From NCBI GenBank assembly GCA_964467615.1, contig CAYXRK010000032.1, forward strand, positions 1 to 32,905: a stretch of DNA of 32,905 nt, given 5' to 3'. The notes beneath the pieces were generated by a model, which had not been told where the DNA came from, searched no databases, and worked only from the letters and a program-made list of their open reading frames with translations. Position numbers and translations under genes: made by a program. The stretch comes from an uncultured Nitrospirales bacterium. GTDB lineage: Bacteria > Hydrogenedentota > Hydrogenedentia > Hydrogenedentales > GCA-2746185. This document shows positions 11,007 through 19,669 of this stretch, piece after piece. Each line of letters starts with the position of its first letter. Position 1 is the first letter of the stretch.

Positions 11007-12758
11007 TCAACGGTCCACGTCCGCCAACACGTAATCCATGCTTCCGAGGATCGCGAGAAGATCGGAGACGGTCACGCCCTTTCCCAACACGGAGAGCATT
11101 TGCATGTGCGGGAATGACGGCGTGCGTATGCGCGTCCGGTAAGACATGGTGTTGCCGTCGCTGATGAGGTAGTAGCCATACGCTCCCTTGCTTCCTTCGA
11201 TGCCGTAGAACGCTTCGCCGGGGGGAATGATCGGCCCCCAACTCACATTGAGAAAGTGGTTAATCAACGTCTCGATGTCGTGCATCGTTCGGTCTCTGCG
11301 CGGCGGCGTCGTCAACGGATGGTCGGACTTGTATGGACCGCTCGGCATGTGGTCGAGACACTGTTGGATAATGCGCAGGCTCTGGCGCATTTCCTCGATG
11401 CGCACGACGGCGCGGGCGTAGCAATCGCCGTCGTGCGCGATGGGCACATCAAACTCGAAGTTTTCGAAGCCGGAATAGGGGCGCTTTTTTCGCAAGTCCC
11501 AATCGAAGCCGCACGCGCGCAGACCGGGGCCGGTCACGCCCCAGGCGATGGCCTCCTCCGTGGTGTATGCGCCGACACCGATAGTGCGGTTCTTGAAGAT
11601 CCGGTTCTTCATCAGCGCGTTGTCGTAGTCCTTCAAACGCGGCGGAAGGTACGCAAGGAACCCGCGAACAAGGCGGTCCCAGCCCTCGGGCAGGTCGTGC
11701 GCGACCCCGCCGATTCGAAACCAACTCGGGTGCATGCGTCCGCCGCAAATCGCTTCGACGACGTCAAATATTTTTTCGCGATCGTTGAATACGAAGAAGG
11801 CAGGCGACAGCGCGCCAAGGTCTTGCGCGAAGGTGCCGTACCAAACAAGGTGGCTTGCGATGCGGAAAAATTCGGACATCATGACGCGGATGACTTGCGC
11901 TCGTGCGGGAACTTCAATGCCCGCGAGCGTCTCGACGGCGAGGAGGTACGGGAGGTTGTTCATCACGCCGCTGAGGTAGTCGATGCGATCCGTGTACGGG
12001 ATGAACGTGTGCCAGGTCTGCCTCTCCCCCATCTTCTCCGCGCCGCGATGGTGATAGCCGATATCGGGGATGGCCTCGATGATTTCTTCGCCGTCGAGTT
12101 GAAGGATGATGCGAAGCAGGCCGTGAGTGCCGGGGTGGTGTGGGCCGAGATTTAAAAAAAGATAATCGAAATCATCCGTGCCCCGCGATAGCCCCCACTC
12201 TTCGGGGCGAAACTGCATCGCCTCCTGTTCGCGCTGGAGTTTCTCGTCGGGTAATTGAAACGCTTCGATTTCGGTCGCGCGCGCGGGATGATCTTTTCGG
12301 AGCGGGTGGCCCACCCAGGTGTTCGGCATCAGCAAGCGCCGAAGGTTCGGGTGGCCTTCGAAACGGACGCCAAACATGTCCCAGGCTTCGCGCTCGTACC
12401 AATTGGCGGCCGGCCAAACGCTGACAATCGAATCGATGGACGGCGAATCGCCGGTCAGGGCGACCTTGAGGCGGAGGTCCCGGTTCCGCTCATACGAGAG
12501 CAGGTGGTAAACGATGGTGTAGTCGCCGAGCGCCGGGTGCTGCGCGCGGTCGCTTCGGACCCGTTCGTCGATGACGCAGAGGTCGTATAGGAATGTATAG
12601 GGCTGATCGATTTCGTTCTTGAGGTGCGCGAGCACACTCCTGATGGACGACGCCTCGACCCACATCGTCGGAATCCCGTCGCGAGTTTCGCGATGGGCGC
12701 TGATCGCGTCGCCAAAATGCGTTTGAAGTTCCTCGCAGATGTTTTCCGTAGTCGTCAT
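11007..12758 (-). CDS. nuoCD: Fused NADH-quinone oxidoreductase subunit C/D
   Basis: 583-aa single ORF. The N-terminal about 180 aa are NuoC-like (30-kDa subunit). The remainder is NuoD-like (49-kDa; …[12 protein letters not shown]…, C-terminal …RTPSFPHMQ…). There is no stop or frame break between the halves, matching the E. coli fusion. Confidence 0.95.
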   Translation of the reverse strand: MTTTENICEELQTHFGDAISAHRETRDGIPTMWVEASSIRSVLAHLKNEIDQPYTFLYDLCVIDERVRSDRAQHPALGDYTIVYHLLSYERNRDLRLKVALTGDSPSIDSIVSVWPAANWYEREAWDMFGVRFEGHPNLRRLLMPNTWVGHPLRKDHPARATEIEAFQLPDEKLQREQEAMQFRPEEWGLSRGTDDFDYLFLNLGPHHPGTHGLLRIILQLDGEEIIEAIPDIGYHHRGAEKMGERQTWHTFIPYTDRIDYLSGVMNNLPYLLAVETLAGIEVPARAQVIRVMMSEFFRIASHLVWYGTFAQDLGALSPAFFVFNDREKIFDVVEAICGGRMHPSWFRIGGVAHDLPEGWDRLVRGFLAYLPPRLKDYDNALMKNRIFKNRTIGVGAYTTEEAIAWGVTGPGLRACGFDWDLRKKRPYSGFENFEFDVPIAHDGDCYARAVVRIEEMRQSLRIIQQCLDHMPSGPYKSDHPLTTPPRRDRTMHDIETLINHFLNVSWGPIIPPGEAFYGIEGSKGAYGYYLISDGNTMSYRTRIRTPSFPHMQMLSVLGKGVTVSDLLAILGSMDYVLADVDR

Positions 12759-12795
12759 GGGCGGATTGCCAAATTCGGCGTCGAGATGTGTCTGC

Positions 12796-13428
12796 TCACA
12801 CGCGATCCATGCCCCGGAGATCGGTCGCCTTTATCCGCTCGTCCCGCTTCAGATCGCGCTGGCTCGGGCGCTCGGGCCGTACCGTACCCTGGGGACCGGC
12901 GATCCAACTGAGCGGGCGGCGTTCGCGGCCGATCATGTCTTGGAGAAGCATTAGCCCCTCCATGAAAGCCTCGGGCCTCGGAGGACAGCCGGGCACATAG
13001 ACATCCACGGGCAGAAACTTGTCAACCCCCTGGACGACGCTGTAAATGTCGTACATGCCGCCGGAGTTCGCGCACGAACCCATCGAGATGACCCATCGAG
13101 GTTCCATCATCTGGTCGTACAACTGACGAACGACGGGCGCGACCTTGATGAATACGGTCCCGGCGACGACCATGACGTCGGCCTCGCGAGGTGTGGCGCG
13201 GATGACCTCCGAGCCGAAGCGCGCCAGGTCGTACTTGCTCGTGAGACTCGTTGCCATTTCGACAAAGCAACACGACAGCCCGAAGTTAAATGGCCAGACG
13301 GAATTTTTACGGCCCCAACTGATAAGGTCTTGTAGTCGCGCCATGATTAGGCTGTCGCGAACCGCTTCCGTGGCCGGGCGCGCCGCGTCGCCGGACAAAT
13401 CTTGGGGCTTGGAAAGTGACCAGTTCAT
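12796..13428 (-). CDS. nuoB: NADH-quinone oxidoreductase subunit B, the N2 cluster (PSST) subunit
   Basis: 210 aa with the CCxxE….C…C…CP motif set ([24 protein letters not shown]) plus a basic C-terminal tail of about 40 aa. Confidence 0.93.
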   Translation of the reverse strand: MNWSLSKPQDLSGDAARPATEAVRDSLIMARLQDLISWGRKNSVWPFNFGLSCCFVEMATSLTSKYDLARFGSEVIRATPREADVMVVAGTVFIKVAPVVRQLYDQMMEPRWVISMGSCANSGGMYDIYSVVQGVDKFLPVDVYVPGCPPRPEAFMEGLMLLQDMIGRERRPLSWIAGPQGTVRPERPSQRDLKRDERIKATDLRGMDRV

Positions 13429-13434
13429 GGCTAT

Positions 13435-13809
13435 TTACCGTTTGGCCTCCAGTGCGCCGAGTCTCCACAGATACACGAGCGTCGCCACAATGGCGCCTAC
13501 GAAAACGCAGATTTGCCCGTATCCGACCCAGCCCAATTCGCGCGCGGCAATCGCCCACGAATAGACGTACACGGATTCGAGATCGAAGACGACGAAGAAC
13601 ACCGCGAAGAGATAGAAGTCCGCCGAGAGCCGAACGCGGGCAGACCCCGTCGAAGCGATTCCAGATTCGTACGGTTGGACGTTGGTTCGATTTCGGTTTT
13701 TGGATCCTAGCAAGTACGACCCGCCAACCATCGAGGTCACGACGACGACGACCCCGGCAAAGTAGACCCCCATGGGCCAGAAGATAATTTGTGGCGCGTT
13801 GGCGTCCAT
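13435..13809 (-). CDS. nuoA: NADH-quinone oxidoreductase subunit A
   Basis: 124-aa three-helix membrane protein (…PYESGIASTGSARVRLSADFYLFAVFFVVFDLESVY…) matching the E. coli NuoA core. It is the first gene of the operon. Confidence 0.87.
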   Translation of the reverse strand: MDANAPQIIFWPMGVYFAGVVVVVTSMVGGSYLLGSKNRNRTNVQPYESGIASTGSARVRLSADFYLFAVFFVVFDLESVYVYSWAIAARELGWVGYGQICVFVGAIVATLVYLWRLGALEAKR

Positions 13810-14238
13810 TAACGAATTCTACTGTGTGTCCTAAGCGTGGTACTTAGCGAGAATGGAATGAAATCAACAAAACCTGCTTGGGCCGGATCCGTTGCCGGAT
13901 TAGAAGTTCCGCCGCCGCACGATACGTCCGGGTCTGCTCGGCCTGCGCGCACCCGCGCGCCATTCTGGCGAACGAACGCGCGAATCCCCCATCCATACAT
14001 CAGACCATTTCCGCGACGTACACACCGCAACCAACGGAGCCACAGATGCTAGCGAATCCGCTTGCGCAATTCAAAGGAATTCAGGCCCCATCGCGATCGC
14101 GCACCGGAGGCCTTCGGCCAGGCCGGTGGAGAGCCGGATGCCAAATGCTGCGTTTTCCGGGTATGCTTCGCGGGTACGCTCATCCTGCGAGCAGCGTCCT
14201 GGAAATCGTGGTTCTCGAACGAGACGAAGGAGAACCGA

Positions 14239-15435
14239 GTGGATCGGTTGGCAATCGACGGCGGCAAACCCGTCCGTGACACCTACTTGGCATTTGGAAA
14301 ACCGTGCATTGGCGAAGAGGAAATCGCGGAGGTAGTCGCCACGTTGCGCTCGGGCTGGATAGGGACGGGCCCGAAGGCGCACGAATTCGAGGCGCGGTTC
14401 GCGGAGTACGTGGGTTCAAAGGAAGCGGTTTCCGTGAGTTCATGCACGGCGGCGTTGCATTTGGCGCTACTGATCCACGGTGTCGGGCCCGGCGACGAAG
14501 TCATAACGTCGCCCCTGACGTTTACGGCGACGGCGAACGTAATTGTCCATTGCGGCGCGAAACCGGTGTTCGTCGACATCGAACCGGACACGTGGAACAT
14601 CAACATCGATCTCCTAGCGAAGGCGATCACGCCAAAGACGAAGGCGATCATCGCGGTCCATTTCGGCGGACTGCCCGTCGATCTGGACGCGCTTCGTAAA
14701 GTAGCCGGCCCGATCCCGATCGTCGAAGATTGCGCTCACGCTGTCGCGGGCCGGTATAAAGGGCAAATGATCGGCGGATCGGGAAACCTGTGCTGCTTCA
14801 GTTTCTACGCCAACAAGAACCTTACGACCGGCGAGGGCGGCATGGTGACGTTGAACGAGTCCGAGATCGCGGACCGATTGCGCGTGCTACGGCTGCACGG
14901 CATGGATCGCGACGCGTGGAAACGCTTTTCGGACAAGGCGAAGCTCCGGAATTTCGTCATCGAAGCGGGATACAAGTACAACCTCACGGATTTGCAGGCG
15001 TCGCTCGGAATCCATCAACTGCGCAAGATCGAAAGGTTCACGGAAGAACGCGAGAAAATTGCGGCGGCGTTCGATCTGCACGTCGATTCAATCCTGTCCG
15101 TCAGCCGGCAGTACCGGCCGCCAGGTATCGATATGGACCGTCACGGCCTTCACCTGTATTGCGTAGTCCTAGACCTCGACCGATTCTCTAAGACGCGGGA
15201 CGAAATCGTCATGGCGCTACGCGCGGAGAACATTGGTGTCGGCATTCACTACGGGGCATTGCACCAGGAGCTTTTCTACCAGAATCTTCTCCACCACGCG
15301 CCGGGCTCGTTCCCCGTAGCCGAGCGAATCGGCAACAGCATCTTCACGCTGCCGACCTTTCCGGGCATGACTTCGCAGGACATTTCCGACGTATGCGCCG
15401 GCCTCGACAAAGTCTTGAATGCCTATCGGATTTAG
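14239..15435 (+). CDS. DegT/DnrJ/EryC1/StrS-family PLP-dependent aminotransferase (ArnB/PseC-like sugar aminotransferase)
   Basis: The track ORF 14062..15435 begins at a TTG. Homology to ArnB-type enzymes starts at ...IDGGKPVRDTYLAFGKPCIGEEEIAEV. An in-frame GTG at 14239 is preceded by a perfect AAGGAG SD (14227-14232, 6-nt spacer), giving 398 aa. The active-site-like region is …FSFYANKNLTTGEGGMV…. Confidence 0.85.
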   Translation: MDRLAIDGGKPVRDTYLAFGKPCIGEEEIAEVVATLRSGWIGTGPKAHEFEARFAEYVGSKEAVSVSSCTAALHLALLIHGVGPGDEVITSPLTFTATANVIVHCGAKPVFVDIEPDTWNINIDLLAKAITPKTKAIIAVHFGGLPVDLDALRKVAGPIPIVEDCAHAVAGRYKGQMIGGSGNLCCFSFYANKNLTTGEGGMVTLNESEIADRLRVLRLHGMDRDAWKRFSDKAKLRNFVIEAGYKYNLTDLQASLGIHQLRKIERFTEEREKIAAAFDLHVDSILSVSRQYRPPGIDMDRHGLHLYCVVLDLDRFSKTRDEIVMALRAENIGVGIHYGALHQELFYQNLLHHAPGSFPVAERIGNSIFTLPTFPGMTSQDISDVCAGLDKVLNAYRI

Positions 15436-15526
15436 TCGAGCGCGGCGACCACGGACTCGAATTGAAACGGCGCAGGCCGTCGGGAAGTCTAGTTTTCCGG
15501 ATTTGACCCGTTTGGAGTTGAACACG

Positions 15527-16663
15527 ATGCGAATCTTCCTGGTCGCCACACTGAGTATATTGCCGTTTTCGGCGTCCGCCCATGAAACAATCGTCTCCGG
15601 CGCTTTAGGCCAAGAACTCGACGCATACCTGGCCCGCATCGAAGCGAACGGATTCTCGGGCGTAGTGTTGGTCGCGAAGGGGGACGAGGTCATTCTCGCC
15701 AAGGGTTACGGTTATGCGGATCGCGAGGCCCGCCGGCGTTGCACCACCGATACCGCGTTCGACATCGGGAGCATCACGAAGCAGTTCACCGGTGCGGCAA
15801 TTCTCAAACTCGAAGAGATGGGCAAACTCAACACCGAGGACAAGATAGGCAAGCACTTCGACGACGTGCCCAAGGACAAGCGCGCGATCACGTTGCATCT
15901 CCTCCTCACGCACAGCTCCGGCCTGCGCGACGTGTTCGGGCCCGATTACGTCGAGATGACGCGCGACGGAATCATTCAGACGGCGATGGAGGGAAGGCTG
16001 AAATTCGGCGTGGGAGAACGATACTTTTACTCGAACTCCGGCTACAGCCTGCTCGCCGCGATTGTCGAGCTATTGACCGGCGCTTCATACGAATCGTTCC
16101 TGCGCGAACAATTCTTTGCCCCTCTCGGCATGACGAAGACCGGCTACCGATTGCCGAGCTACTCTGACGAAGAGGTCGCGGTGGGGTACAACAAGGACGC
16201 CGGACGCTGGGGCACGCCGACGGAAAAACTGTGGGCCAAAGACGGGCCCTATTGGAACTTGCGCGGCAACGGCGGCATCCTCAGCACCGTGTGGGACATG
16301 TACACGTGGCACAAGGCGCTGCTGGATGATTCGGCGCTGACTGCGGCGTCGCGCGAGAAGTATTTCGCGCCGTATGCCGATGAGGGCGGCGACCGCAGCC
16401 ACTACGGATACGGCTGGGTGAATCTCAAGACGCCGCGTGGTACGACCGTCTACACCCATAACGGCGGCAACGGAATATTCTTCGCCGACTGTTTTCGATA
16501 CGTCGAGGAACGGGTGTTCATCATGGCGATGACGAACACCATAAGCACATTTCCTGAGGAGGGGATGGTGCTTCGCAAGATCATCTTCGACCTCGGCGAA
16601 TACGAGCTGCCCCCGGTTACTCCGCCGGAATGGCTCACGGAAACTCAGAATTCTGCAAAATAG
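15527..16663 (+). CDS. Beta-lactamase-fold serine hydrolase (class C / esterase EstB-like), secreted
   Basis: The internal ATG at 15527 (GGAG 10 nt upstream) yields a signal peptide MRIFLVATLSILPFSASA, giving 378 aa. The SxxK motif SITKQF and the Y-x-N (YSNSGY) motif are present. The 36-aa track extension is rejected. Confidence 0.8.
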   Translation: MRIFLVATLSILPFSASAHETIVSGALGQELDAYLARIEANGFSGVVLVAKGDEVILAKGYGYADREARRRCTTDTAFDIGSITKQFTGAAILKLEEMGKLNTEDKIGKHFDDVPKDKRAITLHLLLTHSSGLRDVFGPDYVEMTRDGIIQTAMEGRLKFGVGERYFYSNSGYSLLAAIVELLTGASYESFLREQFFAPLGMTKTGYRLPSYSDEEVAVGYNKDAGRWGTPTEKLWAKDGPYWNLRGNGGILSTVWDMYTWHKALLDDSALTAASREKYFAPYADEGGDRSHYGYGWVNLKTPRGTTVYTHNGGNGIFFADCFRYVEERVFIMAMTNTISTFPEEGMVLRKIIFDLGEYELPPVTPPEWLTETQNSAK

Positions 16664-16799
16664 TCGTTCCGGCAGACGTTTTCGGTACGTTTATGCCAAC
16701 GATTGTGTTGATTTCTGTCGCCTTATGGTACAACGTATCCAGAGGTTACGGATGCGTTCGTTCGGGAACCTATCCGCGAGCGCAAAAGAGGGAGGACAC

Positions 16800-17690
16800 A
16801 TGAGTACCGTTAAAACGAATTGGTGCATGGTGCTTACGGTCGGCCTGATGATCGCCACTGCCACAGGGTGCCCGCGCCCACCGGCACAGAACGCGACCGT
16901 GACTACGGCGCTCACGGCCGACGCGTCATTCGGGAAAGCCTTGCTCGATGCCGTCGCCAAACAAGCCAGCGATGTAGACATCGAGGATATCGAAAGCCTT
17001 ACGGTTACGATCGAAGAGATCGTGTTGCTCCGCCGCGGGGCGGAGGGTGAAGGAGAAGGCGAGGGTGAAGGAGAAGGCGAGGGAGAGGGAGAAGGCGAGC
17101 CAGAAAATCGCTTCGTGGTGTTCGAAGGCTCGATGGACGTAAATCTTGTCGAGTTGCTCGGCGTGTCGGAACTCATCTCGACCGAGGAAGTTCCGGCCGG
17201 CGACTACAAGGAAATCCGACTCTCAATCTCGAATCCCCGGCTGGTCTTAGTGTCCGATCCCGAGACCGAGATAACCGACATTCAATTGACCGCCAGCGGT
17301 CGCCTCTTCCTGAAACAGAATTTCACGCTGGAAGAGGGCGAGAACAGTTTGATTCTCCTGGACTTCGGCGGTGTGATGCTGGTGGAGCGCGGGAACGGCG
17401 GTTTCGTGTTGACGCCGCATCTCGACGCCGACTTGGAAATCGTGTCCGCCGACGTAGTGGCGATGGGCACGATCGAGAGCATCGACACGGAAGCGAACAC
17501 GTTCACGCTGACCGTCGGTGAGGACACGTTCCAGGTCACCTATGTAGAGACCGCGATCTTTCTGCCGGGCGATGGGCCGGACACGCCGACCGGGACCGAA
17601 GCCAGCCTTACTGTTGGAGCGGCGGTCGATGTGAATGGCACGCTCAACGTAGACGGAACGGTGGATGCCACGGCGGTGTTCGTTCTATAA
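16800..17690 (+). CDS. Putative lipoprotein, DUF4382-like, with an internal (Gly-Glu)11 low-complexity tract
   Basis: ATG 16800 with SD AAGAGGGAGGA immediately upstream, giving 296 aa. The N-terminus MSTVKTNWCMVLTVGLMIATATGC has a lipobox-like ATG|C. The central region (…ASGRLFLKQNFT…LILLDFGG…GFVLTPHL) resembles DUF4382. That assignment is from memory of the family pattern. Confidence 0.5.
   Translation: MSTVKTNWCMVLTVGLMIATATGCPRPPAQNATVTTALTADASFGKALLDAVAKQASDVDIEDIESLTVTIEEIVLLRRGAEGEGEGEGEGEGEGEGEGEPENRFVVFEGSMDVNLVELLGVSELISTEEVPAGDYKEIRLSISNPRLVLVSDPETEITDIQLTASGRLFLKQNFTLEEGENSLILLDFGGVMLVERGNGGFVLTPHLDADLEIVSADVVAMGTIESIDTEANTFTLTVGEDTFQVTYVETAIFLPGDGPDTPTGTEASLTVGAAVDVNGTLNVDGTVDATAVFVL
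17043..17099. repeat. In-frame tandem repeat. An 18-bp unit, gagggtgaaggagaaggc, occurs about 3.2 times and encodes (GE)11.
   Basis: Read directly from the sequence. Units sit at 17043-17060 and 17061-17078, with an imperfect third at 17079-17096 plus gag. The antisense strand gives an (SP)n ORF artefact (16691..17176). Confidence 0.9.
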
Positions 17691-17713
17691 GCGGGCCGTA
17701 ACACTGACGAAGA

Positions 17714-17754
17714 GCGGCCCTGGGGCGTAGGCTTCGGGGCCGCATTGCTTTTGG
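17714..17754 (+). terminator. Candidate intrinsic terminator downstream of the lipoprotein gene
   Basis: GCGGCCC (17714-17720), a 16-nt loop, then GGGCCGC (17737-17743), followed by aTTGCTTTTgg. It lies 24 nt after the TAA. Confidence 0.4.
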
Positions 17755-18022
17755 CCGGATCGCGCCACGCGACCGAGGCGCGCCACTCAATCAATTCGAT
17801 GCTGCAATCGCTCCGGCGAACCAGTCCGCGATCTGTCGCGCGGCGTCGATACGCGATGGATCGAACCGGGCCATAGAAGCCTTGACACGCGCGTATCGAA
17901 GGATTCATTCTCCTCGGACGATTTATTCCCGTCACATCGCATGCCAATGACACCCTCGTTATGAGTCCGTACAGCAATCAATTCGACGCGCGCGGAACAT
18001 AGTCAAAACCTGGAGAAGCCCC

Positions 18023-18856
18023 ATGGAATTCACCGAAGTCCTTTATGACGTAAGCGACAAAATCGCCACCGTCACCCTAAATCGCCCCGACAAACTCAAC
18101 GCCTGGACCTCCACCATGGACCGCCAATACCGACGCGCCATGGCCGACGCCGAATCTCGCGACGATGTCCGCGTCATCATTGTCACCGGCGCGGGCAAAG
18201 GCTTCTGCGCCGGTGCGGACATGGGCCTGCTTCAGGCTATCGGCTCCGACAACGCCACCGTCGGCGGAAACGGTTCCGGCGAACCCTTGGCCGAACCGGG
18301 CCTCAAGAACAACCCGCGCGCCGATTTCCGGGCGCACTACTCCTGGCCGCCCTCCGTCCATAAGCCCATCATCGCCGCCATCAACGGCGCGGCCGCCGGC
18401 CTCGGTTTCGTCCACGCGCTCTACTGCGACATGCGGTTCGCGTCCGACACCGCCAAGTTCACCACCGCCTTCGCCCAACGCGGTCTCATCGCCGAATACG
18501 GCCTCGCGTGGTTGCTCCCGCGCGTCGTCGGCATGCACAACGCGATGGACCTTCTCTTAAGCGCCCGCGTCATCAAGGCCGATGAAGCGCACAGCATGGG
18601 CCTCGTCGGAAAAGTCTTCCCACACAACGACCTCATGCCCGCCGTCCGCGAATACGCCAAGCAACTGACGACACTATCATCGCCCCGCAGCCACGCCGTC
18701 ATGAAGCGCCAAGTCTGGGACGCCCAATTCACCGATCTAGCGAGCGCCCTCGACCTCGCCGAAAAGGAAATGTTGGAAAGCCTAGCCTGTTCCGACTTCC
18801 GCGAAGGCGTCGCGTCCTTCGTAGAAAAACGCGCCCCGCAATTCACTGGGAAATAG
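18023..18856 (+). CDS. Enoyl-CoA hydratase/isomerase (crotonase) family protein
   Basis: 277 aa with the crotonase fold signature …VTLNRPDKLNAW…VIIVTGAGKGFCAGADM…AAINGAAAGLGF…. SD GGAGAAG lies 5 nt upstream of the ATG. Confidence 0.85.
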   Translation: MEFTEVLYDVSDKIATVTLNRPDKLNAWTSTMDRQYRRAMADAESRDDVRVIIVTGAGKGFCAGADMGLLQAIGSDNATVGGNGSGEPLAEPGLKNNPRADFRAHYSWPPSVHKPIIAAINGAAAGLGFVHALYCDMRFASDTAKFTTAFAQRGLIAEYGLAWLLPRVVGMHNAMDLLLSARVIKADEAHSMGLVGKVFPHNDLMPAVREYAKQLTTLSSPRSHAVMKRQVWDAQFTDLASALDLAEKEMLESLACSDFREGVASFVEKRAPQFTGK

Positions 18857-18878
18857 CCGTAAGCCACATCCGCGAGTA

Positions 18879-18901
18879 GGCCACATACGCCGGATGTGGC
18901 C
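18879..18901. terminator. Perfect 8-bp stem hairpin between convergent genes. This is a possible bidirectional terminator or a protein-binding palindrome.
   Basis: GGCCACAT, loop acgccgg, then ATGTGGCC. A third copy of the arm (CCACATCCG, 18864-18872) sits 8 nt upstream. There is no U-tract. Confidence 0.35.
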
Positions 18902-18923
18902 CGCAAATGTAAGATCGGCTCAA

Positions 18924-19376
18924 CTACCCTTCGAGCGTGGATTCCGACATCAGTATCACGCGTACGCTCGGTAAGGCGCCTAAGTGTTTGTCGTTCGTCA
19001 CGAAGAAGTCGCAGCCAGAAAGCTTGGCAGTCGCAGCGTGAATCGCGTCCGGCAGCCGTAGCGCCGGGATTTCTGATCGAAGACGCGCTGCCTCCCGGAT
19101 CACCGTTCTGTCTACCGGCATGATCGAAAACCCGGGCCGTGACGTCAATGCGCGTTCGTACGTCACGACGCCGTCGGCTTGCCCGAGCCGCAGCGGCCCC
19201 ACAATGCATTCGGCAAGCGACAATTCGCTGCTTACCGCTGCGAATTCGTGCGCTTCCATCTGGAGGAACAGTTCCCTGGCTATTCTTGCCCAGGGAGCGG
19301 CGCCTTCCAAGGCATAGATGAAGACGTTCGAGTCGAGGTAAACGCGTCCGCCTGCGAGAACGCTCAGTCGTCCCAT
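18924..19376 (-). CDS. vapC: PIN-domain ribonuclease toxin VapC
   Basis: 150 aa with …VYLDSNVFIYALEG… N-terminal Asp, …DAIHAATA… and …FFVTNDKH… matching PIN catalytic acidic positions. It overlaps the upstream antitoxin ORF by 13 nt. Confidence 0.8.
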   Translation of the reverse strand: MGRLSVLAGGRVYLDSNVFIYALEGAAPWARIARELFLQMEAHEFAAVSSELSLAECIVGPLRLGQADGVVTYERALTSRPGFSIMPVDRTVIREAARLRSEIPALRLPDAIHAATAKLSGCDFFVTNDKHLGALPSVRVILMSESTLEG

Positions 19377-19612
19377 TCGTTACGTAGCTGATCGAGATAC
19401 TGATCGATTTCTTCGGCACTCGAAAAACACCCCTTGGCCGCGCCGATAAGACTGGAGAGCAGCGGGAGCGATGCGTCATTTCGTTCGACCACGACCGTCA
19501 CGTCAGCATTCGCGCCCTCGGGCAAAGCTGGATCGTGGATCTCGATTGTACCGCCGGACTTTACGACCGTACGTTGCCGAACAATATTCTCTTCGTGGCG
19601 ATACGCGGACAT
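19364..19612 (-). CDS. vapB: VapB-type antitoxin, with a DUF104-like N-terminal segment and a C-terminal EEIDxYLxxLRxEWD tail
   Basis: The track ORF starts at a TTG (19654). The first ATG (MSAYRHEENIV…) at 19612 gives 82 aa. …GGTIEIHDPALPEGANADVTVVVE… resembles DUF104 antitoxins. It is small and overlaps vapC, the classic type II TA arrangement. Confidence 0.55.
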   Translation of the reverse strand: MSAYRHEENIVRQRTVVKSGGTIEIHDPALPEGANADVTVVVERNDASLPLLSSLIGAAKGCFSSAEEIDQYLDQLRNEWDD

Positions 19613-19669
19613 TTCAACCACATTTTGCCATATCCGGGCGGCAGCAGCCAACAAGTAGATATCGACGCG

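Noticed and set aside
13878-14279. 133-aa plus-strand ORF in the nuoA-DegT intergenic region
   Set aside because: It is Arg-rich, has no SD and runs into the DegT start region in another frame. It is likely non-coding.
16691-17176. Minus-strand 161-aa ORF with an (SP)n tract
   Set aside because: It is the reverse complement of the (GE)n repeat in the lipoprotein gene. It is an artefact of the repeat.
17883-17912. TTGACA hexamer upstream of the crotonase gene as a promoter
   Set aside because: There is no acceptable -10 element at 16-18 nt spacing (tcattc). It is left uncalled.
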